A DNA stretch of 63,936 bases, counting the filler, from Octopus bimaculoides (taxonomy: Eukaryota): the NCBI RefSeq assembly GCF_001194135.2. It is 5 parts of 4 records of this genome, joined end to end, with 100 filler letters (N's around TTAATTAATTAA, not from the genome) between each part and the next. Parts side by side here need not be neighbours in the genome. Positions count along the whole stretch, not along the records: positions 26,487 to 47,156 come from NC_068981.1; positions 47,257 to 60,756 come from NC_068981.1; 3 more parts are not named here. One strand, 5' to 3'. The position numbers were made by a program, and so were the translations under genes. Every line of letters begins with the position of its first letter. Positions within the stretch are counted from its first letter, which is position 1. Shown in pieces: positions 38,093-51,656 of the stretch. A model generated the notes under the pieces. The model searched no databases and was not told the origin of the DNA. It saw only the letters and a program-made list of their open reading frames with translations.

Positions 38093-39413
38093 CTGAAATT
38101 AAAAAAAAAATGTAATTAATATAAAATAAACATTTTATATACATTTTCAGTTTTCTGAAATATTTATCAATTATTCACAATTTAAACTGCTTTCTCCTTA
38201 AGAAAAATAAATATATTTAATTAAATGCAGTCAGTCTCTATTTAATGCATATTTCAATATAGTTCACTCTCAGAAACTTTTCTGTCAATATCTAAGTTAA
38301 CCCTGATTAATTTAATGGGTGGTATTAGATAACAATTTCTTCCTAAATGACTTCAATTCTGTAGTGTCAAAAATACAAATATGGAGAATTTGTCATTGCC
38401 CACAATATTCATGCATTTGTCAATCCTAAATTGAAGCAGTTCCTAAACTTGACATTTTGTAAGCTTATCTCTACAGTGATAGCTATAAGATATTGAATAG
38501 ACATTGTTTTCAGTGATACAGTAGTACTACTCATAATACTGCTAATGTGCTTGATATACAACTGTATGGATATAGTCATTGTATCTTACATGACAACTAA
38601 GATTTTAGAGATAAGAAATAAAAAGTTAAAATATTTCTGATTTTCTCAAAGGTATCAGCAACTAAAACATTAGCTACATTTCTAATTAAGTATCAAAACC
38701 AGTCAAAAGCTGATAAATCCTCCTAAACAGATACATTTCAAGTGATCTTCTTTTCTAGCTCAGCCAAAGAATAATGTTAGTTAACCTTTAATATTTTTGT
38801 TTATCACTACATCAATTCTATTGTGGTCATTTCTGATGTTGGAAACATTGGAAATAAGCAAACACACATTTTATGTTTTTATTACAACCAGTAGAATAGG
38901 TTTGTTGAGACATTGCCTTCATTTTATAGTGCTTGAAAATGTAAAAATATAATAGAAAATAATGTGCCAATCAAGAAGAGTGGATTAATAGAATTGCTAG
39001 AGCAAGGAATAAGATATCTTACAGTATCTGTTCTGGCTCTTTGCATTCTGAGCTCAAATACCACCTTGGTGCTAATGGCATGAGTTAATCACTCAACCAT
39101 GAAAGCACCATGTCCAACCCAAAATTGGTGACTGTGGTTAGCTAAACCTACAACCAACATAGAAAAACCAGCTGCAAACACAGTGGATTGACAACAGCTG
39201 AATGGAATAAAAAAAAATATGGTAAAGCAAAGGCAATGAAGTCTTATAAAAGTAATTGAAAAAACTCTAAAGAAGAAGAACAAAACAATAAAATTTTAAC
39301 ATTTTTACATTTTACCAGTGATCTTATCTTCTCAGTCATATCATCATCATCATCATCATCACCATCAATTATTTATATCTCATGCTGGCATATAAATATA
39401 CAAATATCTATTC

Positions 39414-39444
<31 letters not shown>

Positions 39445-41885
39445 TGTATGTATGTGTATAAGATAATACTTTCATTCAGTTAACTTTAAAACACCAAGTT
39501 TCCTACTGATACATGACTAGTATATTCCTTTCAGAAATCTAAAAATTTGCTATACAAATAGTGTAAGTGTCATGGATACAAGTGAGATTTCTTTTTCCAG
39601 TCTTGACAAATATCTCTTTCAAAAATTTTTTTTTTTTTTTCAAATTATTTACAGTCCTTGTACAAATATTACCTTCTAAGCTTTAATACCAATAACTACC
39701 ATGCTGTCTGGTGCAGATTTAAATTTAGAAGTTGATGAGTTTTGATACTGAATTGCACATATTTTAACAAGTATTCTTAAATACTGGCTAATAAACTATG
39801 GGTTTCATGCTAAAATCATCTTCCTATTTCATAATAATAGATTGTGTATATGTGCATGTAATAAGATGCATAGTGTGTATATGTATGCATATCTGTGTAT
39901 GTGTGTGTGTNNNNNNNNNNNNNNNNNNNNNNNNNNNNNNNNNNNNNNNNNNNNNNNNNNNNNNNNNNNNNNNNNNNNNNNNNNNNNNNNNNNNNNNNNN
40001 NGGGGGGGGGGGTATGAGTGTTTGTGCATACGTATTTAATTTTCTAAACCCTCATCTGAATATTCATGAGGGTATTTATGTTTTCATGGTCACATATATA
40101 CCTCCAAACTATCAGCAGCTATAAGAATAAATAGATTTAAGTAACTGAAATAAATTATTTGAGCAGGATGCCCTTCTTAATGTTGTCTGAGCACAGAACT
40201 CATTTTTCTAATAAAGAGACTGAACAAGTAAAATTATATGACTTATTCCAGAATATAATGCAATGCATAAGACAATGTTTTCTACATTCATATTTTTAAC
40301 CAATGAAATAATGCATCAGCAAGCTGTTTATTGTAGCACTGTCATGAAAAGAATACACATTAACACTTACACTGACTGAAAATACAGTTTTATCTGGTGC
40401 AATGTAGCTTTAAATGGAATATTCTAAGGCATTAGTTTCTCTGTGCTTCTGCTTACATTTATATGTAATTCATATTGGTACTAAATTACCAGTTATTTTA
40501 CATCATGTGGGCAGTTATCTGTTAGGAGCTATAAAATTTCAATTGCTTATCTAATTGTAGACTACATCAGTACTTTTACAAATATAATCCAACTTATAAT
40601 TTCTTTTGAAGACAAGCTAGTGATCTATGCAAGAAATATCATCAGAGCACAATGATATCTTGGTTTAACAATAAAATTTTCATTTGCTATAAATATGGAA
40701 TTTGACCAACAAAAATATCATTTCTAATTACAAGTATGGAAAAGTTATTTTCCAAACAGAAAACATTAACATTTCTTTTCTCTATCTTCCTTCTTCTGAA
40801 TGACAAGTGTCATAAATATATTGGCATTGCTGAAAATATTGATCGGATCACTTTGCAAACACTAACCCTTCTCTTCAAGATCACAAAATTCTACAGATTG
40901 AACAATTGCAGATGCTCTACAAAATTCAAGTGAGGTCCTCATTTCAGTTTTGATGCATTGCCCTGCCACATCTGAGAAGCTGGTGCTGTTGCACACACAA
41001 ATATCCTAGTGTAAATCCTGAACAAAGTCAGTTAACTTTTTGATATAAAAATTTTTCATGGTCACGCCTCAATTTCTAGCCCATGTTCTTCCTCTTATGC
41101 CTTTTTTCTACCACCTCTATAATAGACTTTGTATCTTAGAGTAGGCTTGTTCTCTGCTCATGCATCCCTAACCTACTCATCTCTATTTCCTTAATCACTC
41201 TTCTTGTGTCCAACCCCAACTAAGTCCCTCACTAACTTCTGTACCCAATCTTTCATCCTCAGAGTATCATCTCTTGGAATCTCCTCCCTATCTGTGTCAT
41301 TTCTACAGGTGTCAACCTGCAACAGTTTAGATGAAACATTAACAGCATGAATCGCATTGATCATGAAAGTGCTGTAATGGCATTAGGCATTGCCCTTCAC
41401 TTCCAATTCCAGTGAGAAAATTTTTTTTTTAAATACAAGAAATATACAATTAATGGCTATTGTATATGTCTTAAGATGAAATGGCAATCTGAACACTTCT
41501 CCAATAAGGCAATAAAATTATATGCATTTTTAGAAACTACACTGGTATTGATAGTTGGGAGTAAATTTGTTTATTGACATTAAATACTGCTAAAACTTAA
41601 CATTAACAGCAAGCATCCATAGAAATAATTATTCTTGTAGACTCATAGCAAAGGAAATGAAAAGAAAAAGCTTTAATATTTTAGTACATCTGTGTTTGGT
41701 TTTTGTGTGGTATCTCTATGCAATATCTACTAGACAAAAGAAGCAAAAAATAAATATATGAACCACATTTTCAGACTCCAAAACTGGTGGACAGATCAAC
41801 TTTAAGGGGTGGGGTTTAGTGGGAAAAAATATTATATATATACCAACAAAAAAAGCTATGACTACTTGAAAATGATAGCAACATT

Positions 41886-42060
41886 AGGCGCAGGAGTGGC
41901 TGTGTGGTAAGTAGCTTGCTTATCAACCACATGGTTCCAGGTTCAGTCCCACTGCGTAGCACCTTGGGCAAGTGTCTTCTACTATCGTCTTGGGCCAACC
42001 AAAGCCTTGTAAGTGGATTTGGTAGGCAGAAACTGAAAAGAAGCCCATCGTATATATGCG

Positions 42061-42099
<39 letters not shown>

Positions 42100-42214
42100 A
42101 TGTGTTTGTGTGTCTGTGTTTGTCCCCCAACATTGCTTGACAACCGATGCTGATGTGTTTATGTCCCCGTAACTTAGCGGTTCGGCACAAAGTGACCAAT
42201 AGAATAAGTACTAG
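41886..42214 (+). mobile_element. Family A SINE, 3' end in gap
   Basis: ggcgcaggagtggctgtgtggtaagtagc head, (TA)n(TG)n spacer, 3' module. Confidence 0.85.
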
Positions 42215-42641
42215 NNNNNNNNNNTTTTTTTTTTTTTTTTTTTTTTTACTAATTATGTCACATTTTTAATTCAGTGCAAATGACGGCAACAAAATAACTA
42301 ATGGAAAAATTATTCTAAAAGTCCTTAAACACTAAAGATGTAACTAAAAAAAATTGGTCACATTTCTATGAGTGATGAAAAGGGAATTCAATCAAAATTT
42401 CCCATAAAGCAGTGCAGCATCTGTGATTTTCTGCTTACCAGTATAAAGTGAATTTAGCTGGGAAAATTTTGTTCCATTACAAGATGAAAAACGTTCAAAT
42501 ATGCAGAAAATTTCCTAACAAAGGAAAATGAATACAAAACAGTTAAAAAAATAGAAAATAAACTGAAATGCAAATATTAAAACTTTAATTCAAAGTTTCC
42601 TTTTTAATTCTATTTTAAGGATTATTAAAAAACATAATTAC

Positions 42642-42791
42642 CCAGGAATTCTTTTAATTGTCTTAGAAATAAATTTCAAAGCTTCTTTAGAAATATTTTC
42701 ATACATGTTACTTCCATCAAATCGATTGTATGCAATATTAGCCAGTGTCTCTTCTTCAGTATTTCCAACAAAAGGAGTTTCTCCACTGAGC
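42642..42791 (-). CDS. unc-89: Obscurin/UNC-89-like exon, kinase subdomains IX-XI (LSGETPFVGNTEEETLANIAYNRFDGSNMYENISKEALKFISKTIKRIPG)
   Basis: ttttctag| acceptor and |gtaatt donor. 150 bp, phase 2/2, in frame with both neighbours. Confidence 0.93.
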
Positions 42792-44049
42792 CTAGAAAAT
42801 CATTTGTATAATTAAATTAGTCATAAAAAGTTAATAATTTGATTATAGTTCTCTATGGTAAGTTTCCACTACCAAAGAAAATAGCAAATAAAAACACAAG
42901 AAATAAATCACTTCAAAATTACAATTTTCTTAATATGATTACTAATTTAAGTTTTTGAAACTATCATTGAAACAAATAATAAAAAATAGATCAAATTATC
43001 TCAAATTATAGATAGAATTAATGTCATTTTTTTTTTGACAGTATCAAGTTTGAGATTTTATAAAAATTCTTATTTTGATGCCTTTACTGAGCTATGATAA
43101 AAAAAATTTTAAGTGAATGATATTAATTACTTTCTGTTTTCACTAATACAAATAATAATACACCTGGAAACACAGTTATATTTCAAACATGAGTACATAT
43201 ATAGCTTTGTAGGTATGTTGTTTACTTTGGGATTTGATCTCAATGAATTGACCAAAAGATTGTGTGAAATTTGGGGCATAAACTAGACATAAATGTACAT
43301 GGTATGTTTAATCTTACTGTGCAGGCCACAGGGTATATTTGCATAGTGAATATAAATGTATATTTATTAAATGCATATATGCAAATTTATTTGCAACTCA
43401 TTCACACACATGTAGCCTTTGTACCTTAGTTAATTTATATGCATTAACAATGGATTAAGTGATATGCAAATGAGCACAAATACTGCTTGTTGTATATTGC
43501 ATTTCTTATAAGTAGCAATGATCACTCTCTCTCTCTCTCTCTCTCTCCCCCCCTCTTTCTTCTCCCTCTCTCTCTTTCTCTCTCTTTCTCTCTCTCAAAT
43601 GGATGAAATAAACATTCATTCATTAGAAGTTTCTACAAAACACATGGGACTAGTTGAGTTGTCTTTTATCTGTTCTGTAGAGAGAGCTATGTGATTTAAT
43701 CTGGAATCTCATTGAACACAGAGATATTATGTTCATTAAGTATACACAAATAAGTTTATTTACAACTTATTCACAAATATGCTGTGCTATATTAATGTGG
43801 AGTTCATTTTGTAACCATGTTGCCTTAAGGCTCATTCCATTGCACCTTGGGCAAGTATCTTACTTTAGTGTTACTGTGTTTGCACCTGTATGGAAACAGG
43901 TGAGAGTTGGTGACAGAATGGGCATCTGGCCATAGAATATTCACCTCGACAAATTTCTTCTGAACCATGTACACATAAGAAATTGGATGTAAATACAATG
44001 AGAATTATATAAATACGTATGTATATATGTATGCGTGATTGTATGTCTG

Positions 44050-44380
44050 ATTGTGTGAAGGTGCATGGCTTAGGGGCTAAGGTAGCAGCTCACGATTGTA
44101 AGGTCATGAGTTTGATTCCTGGTGACATGCTGCGTCCTTGAGCATAACACTTTATTTCTCATTGCTCCAGTCCACTCAATTGGCAAAAATGTGTTGTACA
44201 TGTACTTTAAAAGGCTAGTCTTGTCACACTTTGCGTCACAGTGAATCCCCCTGAGAACTACATTAAGGATATGTGTGTCTGTGGAGTGCTGAGTCACTTG
44301 CACATTAATTTCACAAGCAGGCTGTTCAGTTGATCAAATTAACTAGAACATTTGTCAACATAACCGATGGAGAGCCAAGC
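44050..44380 (+). mobile_element. Decayed SINE with family E head + CORE-like domain and family B tail
   Basis: gaaggtgcatggc...gtccttgagcataacactttatttc...gctccagtccactca, then cttgtcacactttgcgtcac...gtgtctgtggagtgctgag. Confidence 0.7.
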
Positions 44381-44383
44381 CAC

Positions 44384-44414
<31 letters not shown>

Positions 44415-44600
44415 TGTATGTTTGTATGTATGCATGTATGTATGTCAGTGTAAATGAAACAACAATATGTTGATGTATTTTAAATAGGCCTCAATAAAAG
44501 AAGTACTTAGATTAATTACTGGGGTTAATAGTCCAAAGACTGAAGTCTTTAAAATAAAAGTAAAAAAATAAGGTTTAAGAGAAAAAGTATTTATACTAAC

Positions 44601-44676
44601 AGTAGTGTTGAAATAACACCAACTCCCCAGACATCAGCAGCAACACCAGCAGGTTCTCGGACCACAACTTCAGGTG
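44601..44676 (-). CDS. unc-89: Obscurin/UNC-89-like exon, subdomains VIII-IX (SPEVVVREPAGVAADVWGVGVISTLL)
   Basis: tcattttag| acceptor and |gttagt donor. 76 bp, phase 1 in / phase 2 out. Not in the ORF track; found by reading the minus strand. Confidence 0.93.
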
Positions 44677-46256
44677 CTAAAATGATAGAATTTAAGCATA
44701 TTTACAAATAAGTTCTATAGTTATCTTTTTAACAAAATAGGTAAAGTGGTATCACTTAATTTGTTAGGAAGAGATTTGACAATTCAGATAGAACCTTTCT
44801 TTGAGTTGCTGCTTAGATCAATTTAAGTCAAGCAGTTCCATAATCAAAAGGCATTCCAGCTGTGACCATCCCATCCATTTTTTAGATACATTGGAGCTAA
44901 GACCACATTATTCAATGAATCCTATTTTCTAAGACAATATAATTTGAGGGACATTCAGTTGCTATTTCTAGCCATCCATATAACCTACCTTGATGGCCTG
45001 TCATAATGGGATTTCATAAGGTGTTAGGTATAGCTTTATGTATCTTTTCTTAATGTATTGCTGCATTGTTGCTGTTGTATTGCTGATTAACCATCAAGTC
45101 AGCACAGACTCTGCACATCTAGGATCAATTTTTTTCTGGCTATGACGATCCCATTTTATTTTCAGGAATAGTTTATCTAGGACCACATTATTCAATGCAT
45201 CCTTTATAAAATGAAAAGAACCATCAGGTGTAATTGCTGCAGATTTAGTTACTATTTGTAGCGGGCTGAGCAGTTATATAGAAGCTCCCTTAATGGGTTA
45301 ATTTCATTTTGTAGAAATAGTAGGTATTCAGATATAGAGGGTATTGTTTTTGAAAAACTGAGGATTAGCAACAATCACAAAGCTTTGGTTTCAAATCTTG
45401 GCACAAGGCTAGCAATTTTGGTGGAGAGGAAGTAAATCGATTACATTGAATCCAGTGTTCAACTGGTTCTTATTTTATTATCCCAAGAAGGATGAAAGGC
45501 AAAGTCAACCCCTGTAGCATTTGAACACAGAATGTAAAGTTGGAAGAAATTCTGTTAAGCATATTGTCCAGTGCATTAACAATTCTGCTAGCTCACTGCA
45601 GAATATTGACAAATAAATATATATAAAAACAATGTACTACTCTTGAAGAATTTCATTTTCTTAGTCTGTTTTAGTTATTACAGTGAAGATCATGCTCATG
45701 TACAGCTATGCATATTCTTTTGTGATGAAACATAGATGCAGTAGAAGCAGAGAAGTAGTAAAATGAAGTGTGAAACGAAGTGACATTTACAGACTCTGCT
45801 TTTAAGATGTCAGATATTTCATTCTTTACAAAAAATTACTTTAGCATGTCCAAGAGAGCTAAATCAAAGATTATTGCTTCCAAATAATGAATGTTGGAGA
45901 TATGTCAATATATATAATTTTCATCGAGTAATAACTACACCCTGGATATTCTTCATCAGTTATGATACACCATCTGTACAAAAAATATAATATAATGAAC
46001 ATATACTGAAAATAAATAAGACAGTTAACCAAGTCATTATATTTTTAAATACTTATCTTGCAAAATATTTTGCATTGCTTGTGTAAGGATCAACAAAGTG
46101 ACACAACAGTACTAGACAACTAGGGAGTTGATATCATTGACTAAAATCATAAAGGTAATGCCCCAGCATGGCCACAGACTAAATACACAAAAAAATACTC
46201 AACTGATATCAACTGGAAAATTCAAAGATTTTAATGTTTTGAATATGTTTACTTAC

Positions 46257-46717
46257 ACATAAATTCAGGTGATCCACACTGAGGGACATGTTTTCCAATT
46301 GGTGTTACAATCTTCTGGGCTAAGGTGAAATCCTTAAGTTTCAATATAGGACACATTCTTCCCAACAAGATGTTTTCTGGTTGTAAGTTCAGATGAATAA
46401 TACACAAGAAATGCAGATATTGTAAAGCATCGAGTAGTTGAGTGATAATTCTTGCCACATCTTCCTCAGTGTAGCTACATCTAGATGACAAATGGTCAAC
46501 GATATTCTCACTGTCAACATACTCAAAGATCACTGTGTGAATGTTGTTAAGTAAGAAAGCTCCAATCACAGTAATGACATTTACATGTTGTACTGTTACT
46601 AAAAGATTGAATTCATTCATAATTTCATCTGTAAGTGTTTCATAAGGAGTTATTTTGGCATAGTACAATTCTTCTGTTCTTTTGCTTCGACACAGCTTCC
46701 ATTGACGAAATGCACCC
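46257..46717 (-). CDS. unc-89: Obscurin/UNC-89-like exon, kinase 2 subdomains I-VIII (predicted pseudokinase)
   Basis: tttttctcag| acceptor and |gtaagt donor. Encodes GAFRQWKLC...YYAK...NEFNLL...QLLDALQYLHFLCIIHLNLQPENILL...KDFTLAQK...GSPEFM. QLLDALQYLH and HLN.QP.N are shared with Drosophila Unc-89 kinase 2 as I recall it. Confidence 0.92.
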
Positions 46718-47341
46718 CTGAGAAAAATAGTAATTCAGCAAAAAGGGATCATAATAACAAGTAACTGAAACACATGAAAGCATATGCCCTCTCATACACA
46801 CACATTTTGAATATGCACAAAAAGGCTCTTATTCTATTATACCAGCTACAGCCTAATGATGCCAACTAGCAATACCAGATTTTGGAGTCACACCAAGCTG
46901 TGCCAATATAATGTAGGATAAATATAGTAGTAATAATAATAATCTTTGGATGGAATTTACAAATGTTCTAATGCATCACTATGTACATTTCCATAAATCA
47001 CATGTTTCTTAGGATGATAGTCCATATTCCTGGAATCATCCTAGGAATACAGACTATGATCTTAAGAAATATATGATTTGTGGAAATGTACATAGTGATA
47101 CCTTAAAATATTTATAAATTCCATCCAAGGATTATTATTAGTATTACTATATATATNNNNNNNNNNNNNNNNNNNNNNNNNNNNNNNNNNNNNNNNNNNN
47201 TTAATTAATTAANNNNNNNNNNNNNNNNNNNNNNNNNNNNNNNNNNNNNNNNNNNNTATATATATATATATATATATATATGTAGTTCCATTATAGGTAG
47301 AATCAACAAAAGAAGTACTCCATTCAGTGAGAAATAAAAAT

Positions 47342-49399
47342 CATTTAATGTACACAGTACTAAAATAAGAGGCTACTAATGGTTTCGTGCCATGGAGACA
47401 CAGTAGTACAGCAGGTTATATAACATTCCTCATGTCTCCAACCACTCTTCTTGGTTCAGTTCACAAGGATGCTGATACATGACAAAGAACAAGAAAAAAT
47501 GAGAAGGTTGATGCAAAAAGTTGCATCAGAAAATGAATGATGAATAAAAACAGAAGAAAAGAAAAGAACAGAAAAAAAACAAGATTTGCTCCTGTTTGTC
47601 CATAGAAAATATAATCAATCTAGCTGGTGTAGAATAATTCAGTGAAAGGGCCATGGTCTGAGAGAGAGCTGCATAATCTCCAAGGATGGTGTCCCCCAGT
47701 TCAACTAAAGAAATCACTAAACTACAGTAATGTCATGGATTGGTTTTGAAATTTAAAGGATAAGCCTAGATCCAAATCTACACAGCTTGATATTGTTGAT
47801 ATTTATCCTCCAATATCAATATTATTGCTTGATAAAGCAATCAAGTTCACAAAAAATATATGTGTATCAATCACATATAATCTTTATTATGCATGTGTGA
47901 AAAACCCTTCTATTCAGTAAAGGCTCAGCATGAGTTTAAAAAATGATACGGATGAACTGTTTAATGTATTGATGGAATCATATGACATTGTGGACATCTA
48001 TGATCTTGTAGGTCTTCATATGTTAAATACATGGAGATCCAAGTTCTCATCCCTTAATATTGGCATATACTGTGACAATGGTTTGGATATATCTCACAGC
48101 AGTAATGGACATACACTTGATAAATTTAGGGAAAAACTCTATATACTTTTAGTCAATTAGGCCCCCAAATTACGGTAACTACTAATCTGTCCAAAGTTGA
48201 TTTCTTAGATGTTTCCTGAGACTTAAACTCACATTGTTATAAACCTTATAAACCGAATGAGTAACTCAAATATATACATAAATAGTCCTATTACCTCTCT
48301 ACAGTGTTTAAAAATCCGATAACCAGCATCAGTAATAGGATATCTAATATCTTCTCTTCAAAAGAAATATTTGATAAAGCAGCCCCATACTATAACAATG
48401 CCTTAGCCAACAGCAGCTTCAAAGATAAGATATCCTATAATGCTTCAATTAAAAATATCAAACCTAAAAATATATCTAGAAAAATATGTATGGTTTGCTC
48501 CCACTTCTCCTTAAATGTAAAAACATAGGCAAGAAATACCTAGCACTCTATAAAAATGTCATGCAGCTGCTGCCCCAATATAAAGGCCATTATCGCTGAC
48601 ATGTCACACTAAGAGCTCTCTGCCAGTTGCAACTGTTGAGACCATGAATCTTGATCAGGTGTGATTGATAAACTCAAGTCTTTTATGCAGTTGAAATCAC
48701 AGCTGTGCTCGAAGATAGCATAATTGAAAAGAAAATTTATATTGGTTCATGTGAAGGCAATTTTAAAAGACACAATGCAGATCATCTGTCTTCTTTCTGA
48801 CACAATGACAAAATTAAAGCTTTTCAGTTAGCTATTGCACACTGCATACACTCAAGTAGAGAATTGTAGAAAAATCTATGCTACATGAGAATGAATCAAA
48901 GAGATGCAAGTTATGCATAGCTGAAAGATCACACATTATTTTTAGAGCCAAGTGTTCTACCACTCTACTTAATTCCAGATTCAAAATTTTCAGTAAATGC
49001 AGGCATATGGGCAAATTTATTTTGTTGAATTGGGGGCACCACTCTCTACAGATTGAGCAGCTGTCTCTCAGACTTTGCTCCATTCACTATTGAATTATTC
49101 TACATCAGCTAGATTAATTATGATTTTATGGACCAAAAGAATGCAAATCTTGGTTTTCTTTCAGTTCTTTCTCTTCTTTTTCTGTTTGTGCATTCCACTT
49201 TTTGCACCAGCCTTCTCATTTTTTTCTTGCTCTTTGTCATGTACCAGTAACCAAGTTTTCATAAAGAACTAACCTTGTGGACTGAACCAGAAAGAGTGCT
49301 TGAAGACACAAGGCACGTTATATAAATCTATCGAATTACCATGTCTCCATGGCATGAAATTATTAGTAGCTCTTATTTTAATACTATATACATTAAATG
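47342..49399 (+). mobile_element. Decayed Penelope-like retroelement (RT + GIY-YIG) flanked by ~370-bp inverted repeats
   Basis: Broken translation: QLDIVDIYPPIS; IGIYCDNG (YRDD, 48068-48079); ISNRISNIFSSKEIFDKAAPYYNNAL; YIGSCEGNFK; SKRCKLCIAERSHII...SKCRH. 47342-47709 is an inverted diverged copy of 49021-49399. Confidence 0.88.
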
Positions 49400-49424
49400 T
49401 GTGTATGTATATGTGAGTGTATAT

Positions 49425-49466
<42 letters not shown>

Positions 49467-49700
49467 ATACACACACACATATGTATATAGTTCACGCATG
49501 AGATCCAGATATTCTCCATATAGAAGACAGTAGTGCTCAAAAGATTCAAGCTTAGACTCTGATGTCATTACAGGGATCATTCCACACAGTAAAGAAAGGC
49601 TGTAAGAGTGATCAGGTTGAGCAATTATAGGAATAAGCAAATTAGTTCAAAGATTCCATCATTGAACTTCTGCATTATGATCTGAAATGTAAGATCTTTT

Positions 49701-49823
49701 CTACCCTGATGATGGAGGCTCAACTCATCCTATGTTAAATGCATCCATATGACCGCATTCTGTGATGGACTAAATCTACCAGCATTATTATGGATCGCCA
49801 AGCCCCCAGAAACAGCTGTTGGA
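49701..49823 (+). ncRNA. Candidate degenerate hammerhead ribozyme with long stem II
   Basis: CUGAUGA (49706-49712), UGGAGGCU/AGCCCCCA stem, GAAA (49809-49812), palindromic CAGCUG, GUU. Stem I has only 2 bp. Confidence 0.5.
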
Positions 49824-50067
49824 CTTATACCTTTCTGCTACCCCTTTAATTTTCCCTGTTGTTTCTACTCTGTGTAAGTTGGACCTATTTATATAAATAT
49901 ATATATATATTTATACATGCAAATTTATCATCTGAAAGTTTCCACCTTTTGTTTTTCTTGTTTTGCATGTATACATACCTTGTATTTGATGTATTTAATA
50001 TATCTAATATATTTGATGTATCTAATTTGCTTGTCTTTATAATTGCTTCTATATACACATGTGTGTG

Positions 50068-50232
50068 TGTAGGAATGGCTGTGTGGTAAGTAGCTTGTTT
50101 ACCAACCACATGGTTCCAGGTTCAGTTCCACTGCATGGCACCTTGGGCAAGTGTCTTCTACTATAGCCTAGGACTGACCAAAGCCTTGTGAGTGGATTTG
50201 GTAGACGGAAACTGAAAGAAGCCTGTCATATA
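50068..50232 (+). mobile_element. Family A SINE head/body with CpG decay
   Basis: ggaatggctgtgtggtaagtagc...ccactgcatggcacc...gaagcctgtcata. Confidence 0.8.
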
Positions 50233-51064
50233 TATACATACATACATACATACATACATTATGCAGCTGAGGAGTACATTTTCATTGTACATTTTATGTA
50301 GTGTTCTCACTACATGAATAAATGAAGTTTGTACGAAACGTACATACTGCTATAACCTATTGAATTTTTGTTGCTTTTCTTCAAATTTTATTCACCAAAT
50401 CTCTTGATTTTGTTTTTGGTTTTTAACCTATCAAATTCTGGTGCCTCAAACATTTTAAGTACCACATTTAATCTTTTGATTAAATCTATATTATTATATA
50501 TATATAATCTATATATATATAGTGTATATATATATAGTGTATATATATATATATATATAGTGTATATATATAGTGTATATATATATAATATATATAGTGT
50601 CTATATATATATATATATACATAATATATATAGTGTATATATATATATAATATATAGTGTGTATATATATATATAATATATATAATATTATATATATANN
50701 NNNNNNNNATATATATATATATATATATATATTGCTAAGTAGGCTGATAAATAAATATGTCTATATGTATATATGATGTATAATTCATATAGATAAATTA
50801 ATACATATATTAGATAAATATTATATATTATATATATTGTTATATTTCAGGATTGTCTTTTTTTTTTTTTTTTGCAAATAAAGGCATGCATTCTTCACTT
50901 CAGCTTTATTATTGTTCTTATTTTAGTGTCCTTTGTCTGAAATCTTTCATCACACATCTTGTGATTCCCCATCTCACTTGTCTCCTCCTGTTCTGTTTAG
51001 TCCATCCTGTCTTTGTATATATATATATAATATATCATATATATTATTCTTATTCTTATTATTA

Positions 51065-51579
51065 TTATGAAGATGGCAAACTGACAAAATCCTTATCATG
51101 CTGAACAAAATGCCTTGGAGCATATCTTCTAACTTCACATTTTGAGTTCAAACTTCACTGCTATCAACTTTGCCTGTCACCCTTCTGTAGTAGATAAAAT
51201 GAGTACCATTTGATCAATGAGGTGAATGTAATCAACTAGCCCCCTCCCCCAAATTTCAGACCTTGAACCTATAGTAGAAAGAATTATCATATACACATGT
51301 GCATGATATAAATAATATATATATTAGTATTTGTATCATATACATGTATATATAATATACATATATTTGTATGTATGCATGTATGTGTATATATATATAT
51401 ATATATAGGCATAGGAGTGGCTGTATGGTAAGTAGCTTGCTTACGAACCACATGGTTCCGGGTTCAGTCCCACTGCGTGGCACCTTGGGCAAGTGTCTTC
51501 TACTATAGCCTCGGGCCGACCAAAGCCTTGAGAGTGGATTTGGTAGATGGAAACTGAAAGAAGCTCATTGTATATATGT

Positions 51580-51656
<77 letters not shown>

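Noticed and set aside
40736-41030. Possible exon or L1/Tx1 fragment in the last intron
   Set aside because: The flanking exons already join in frame with a complete kinase subdomain XI; LINE similarity is too weak to call.
49269-49690. Minus-strand ORF with a possible gtgaac donor as the missing upstream kinase exon
   Set aside because: The phase-2 frame needed to join the 46717 acceptor contains a stop, and the open frame has no obscurin-like features.
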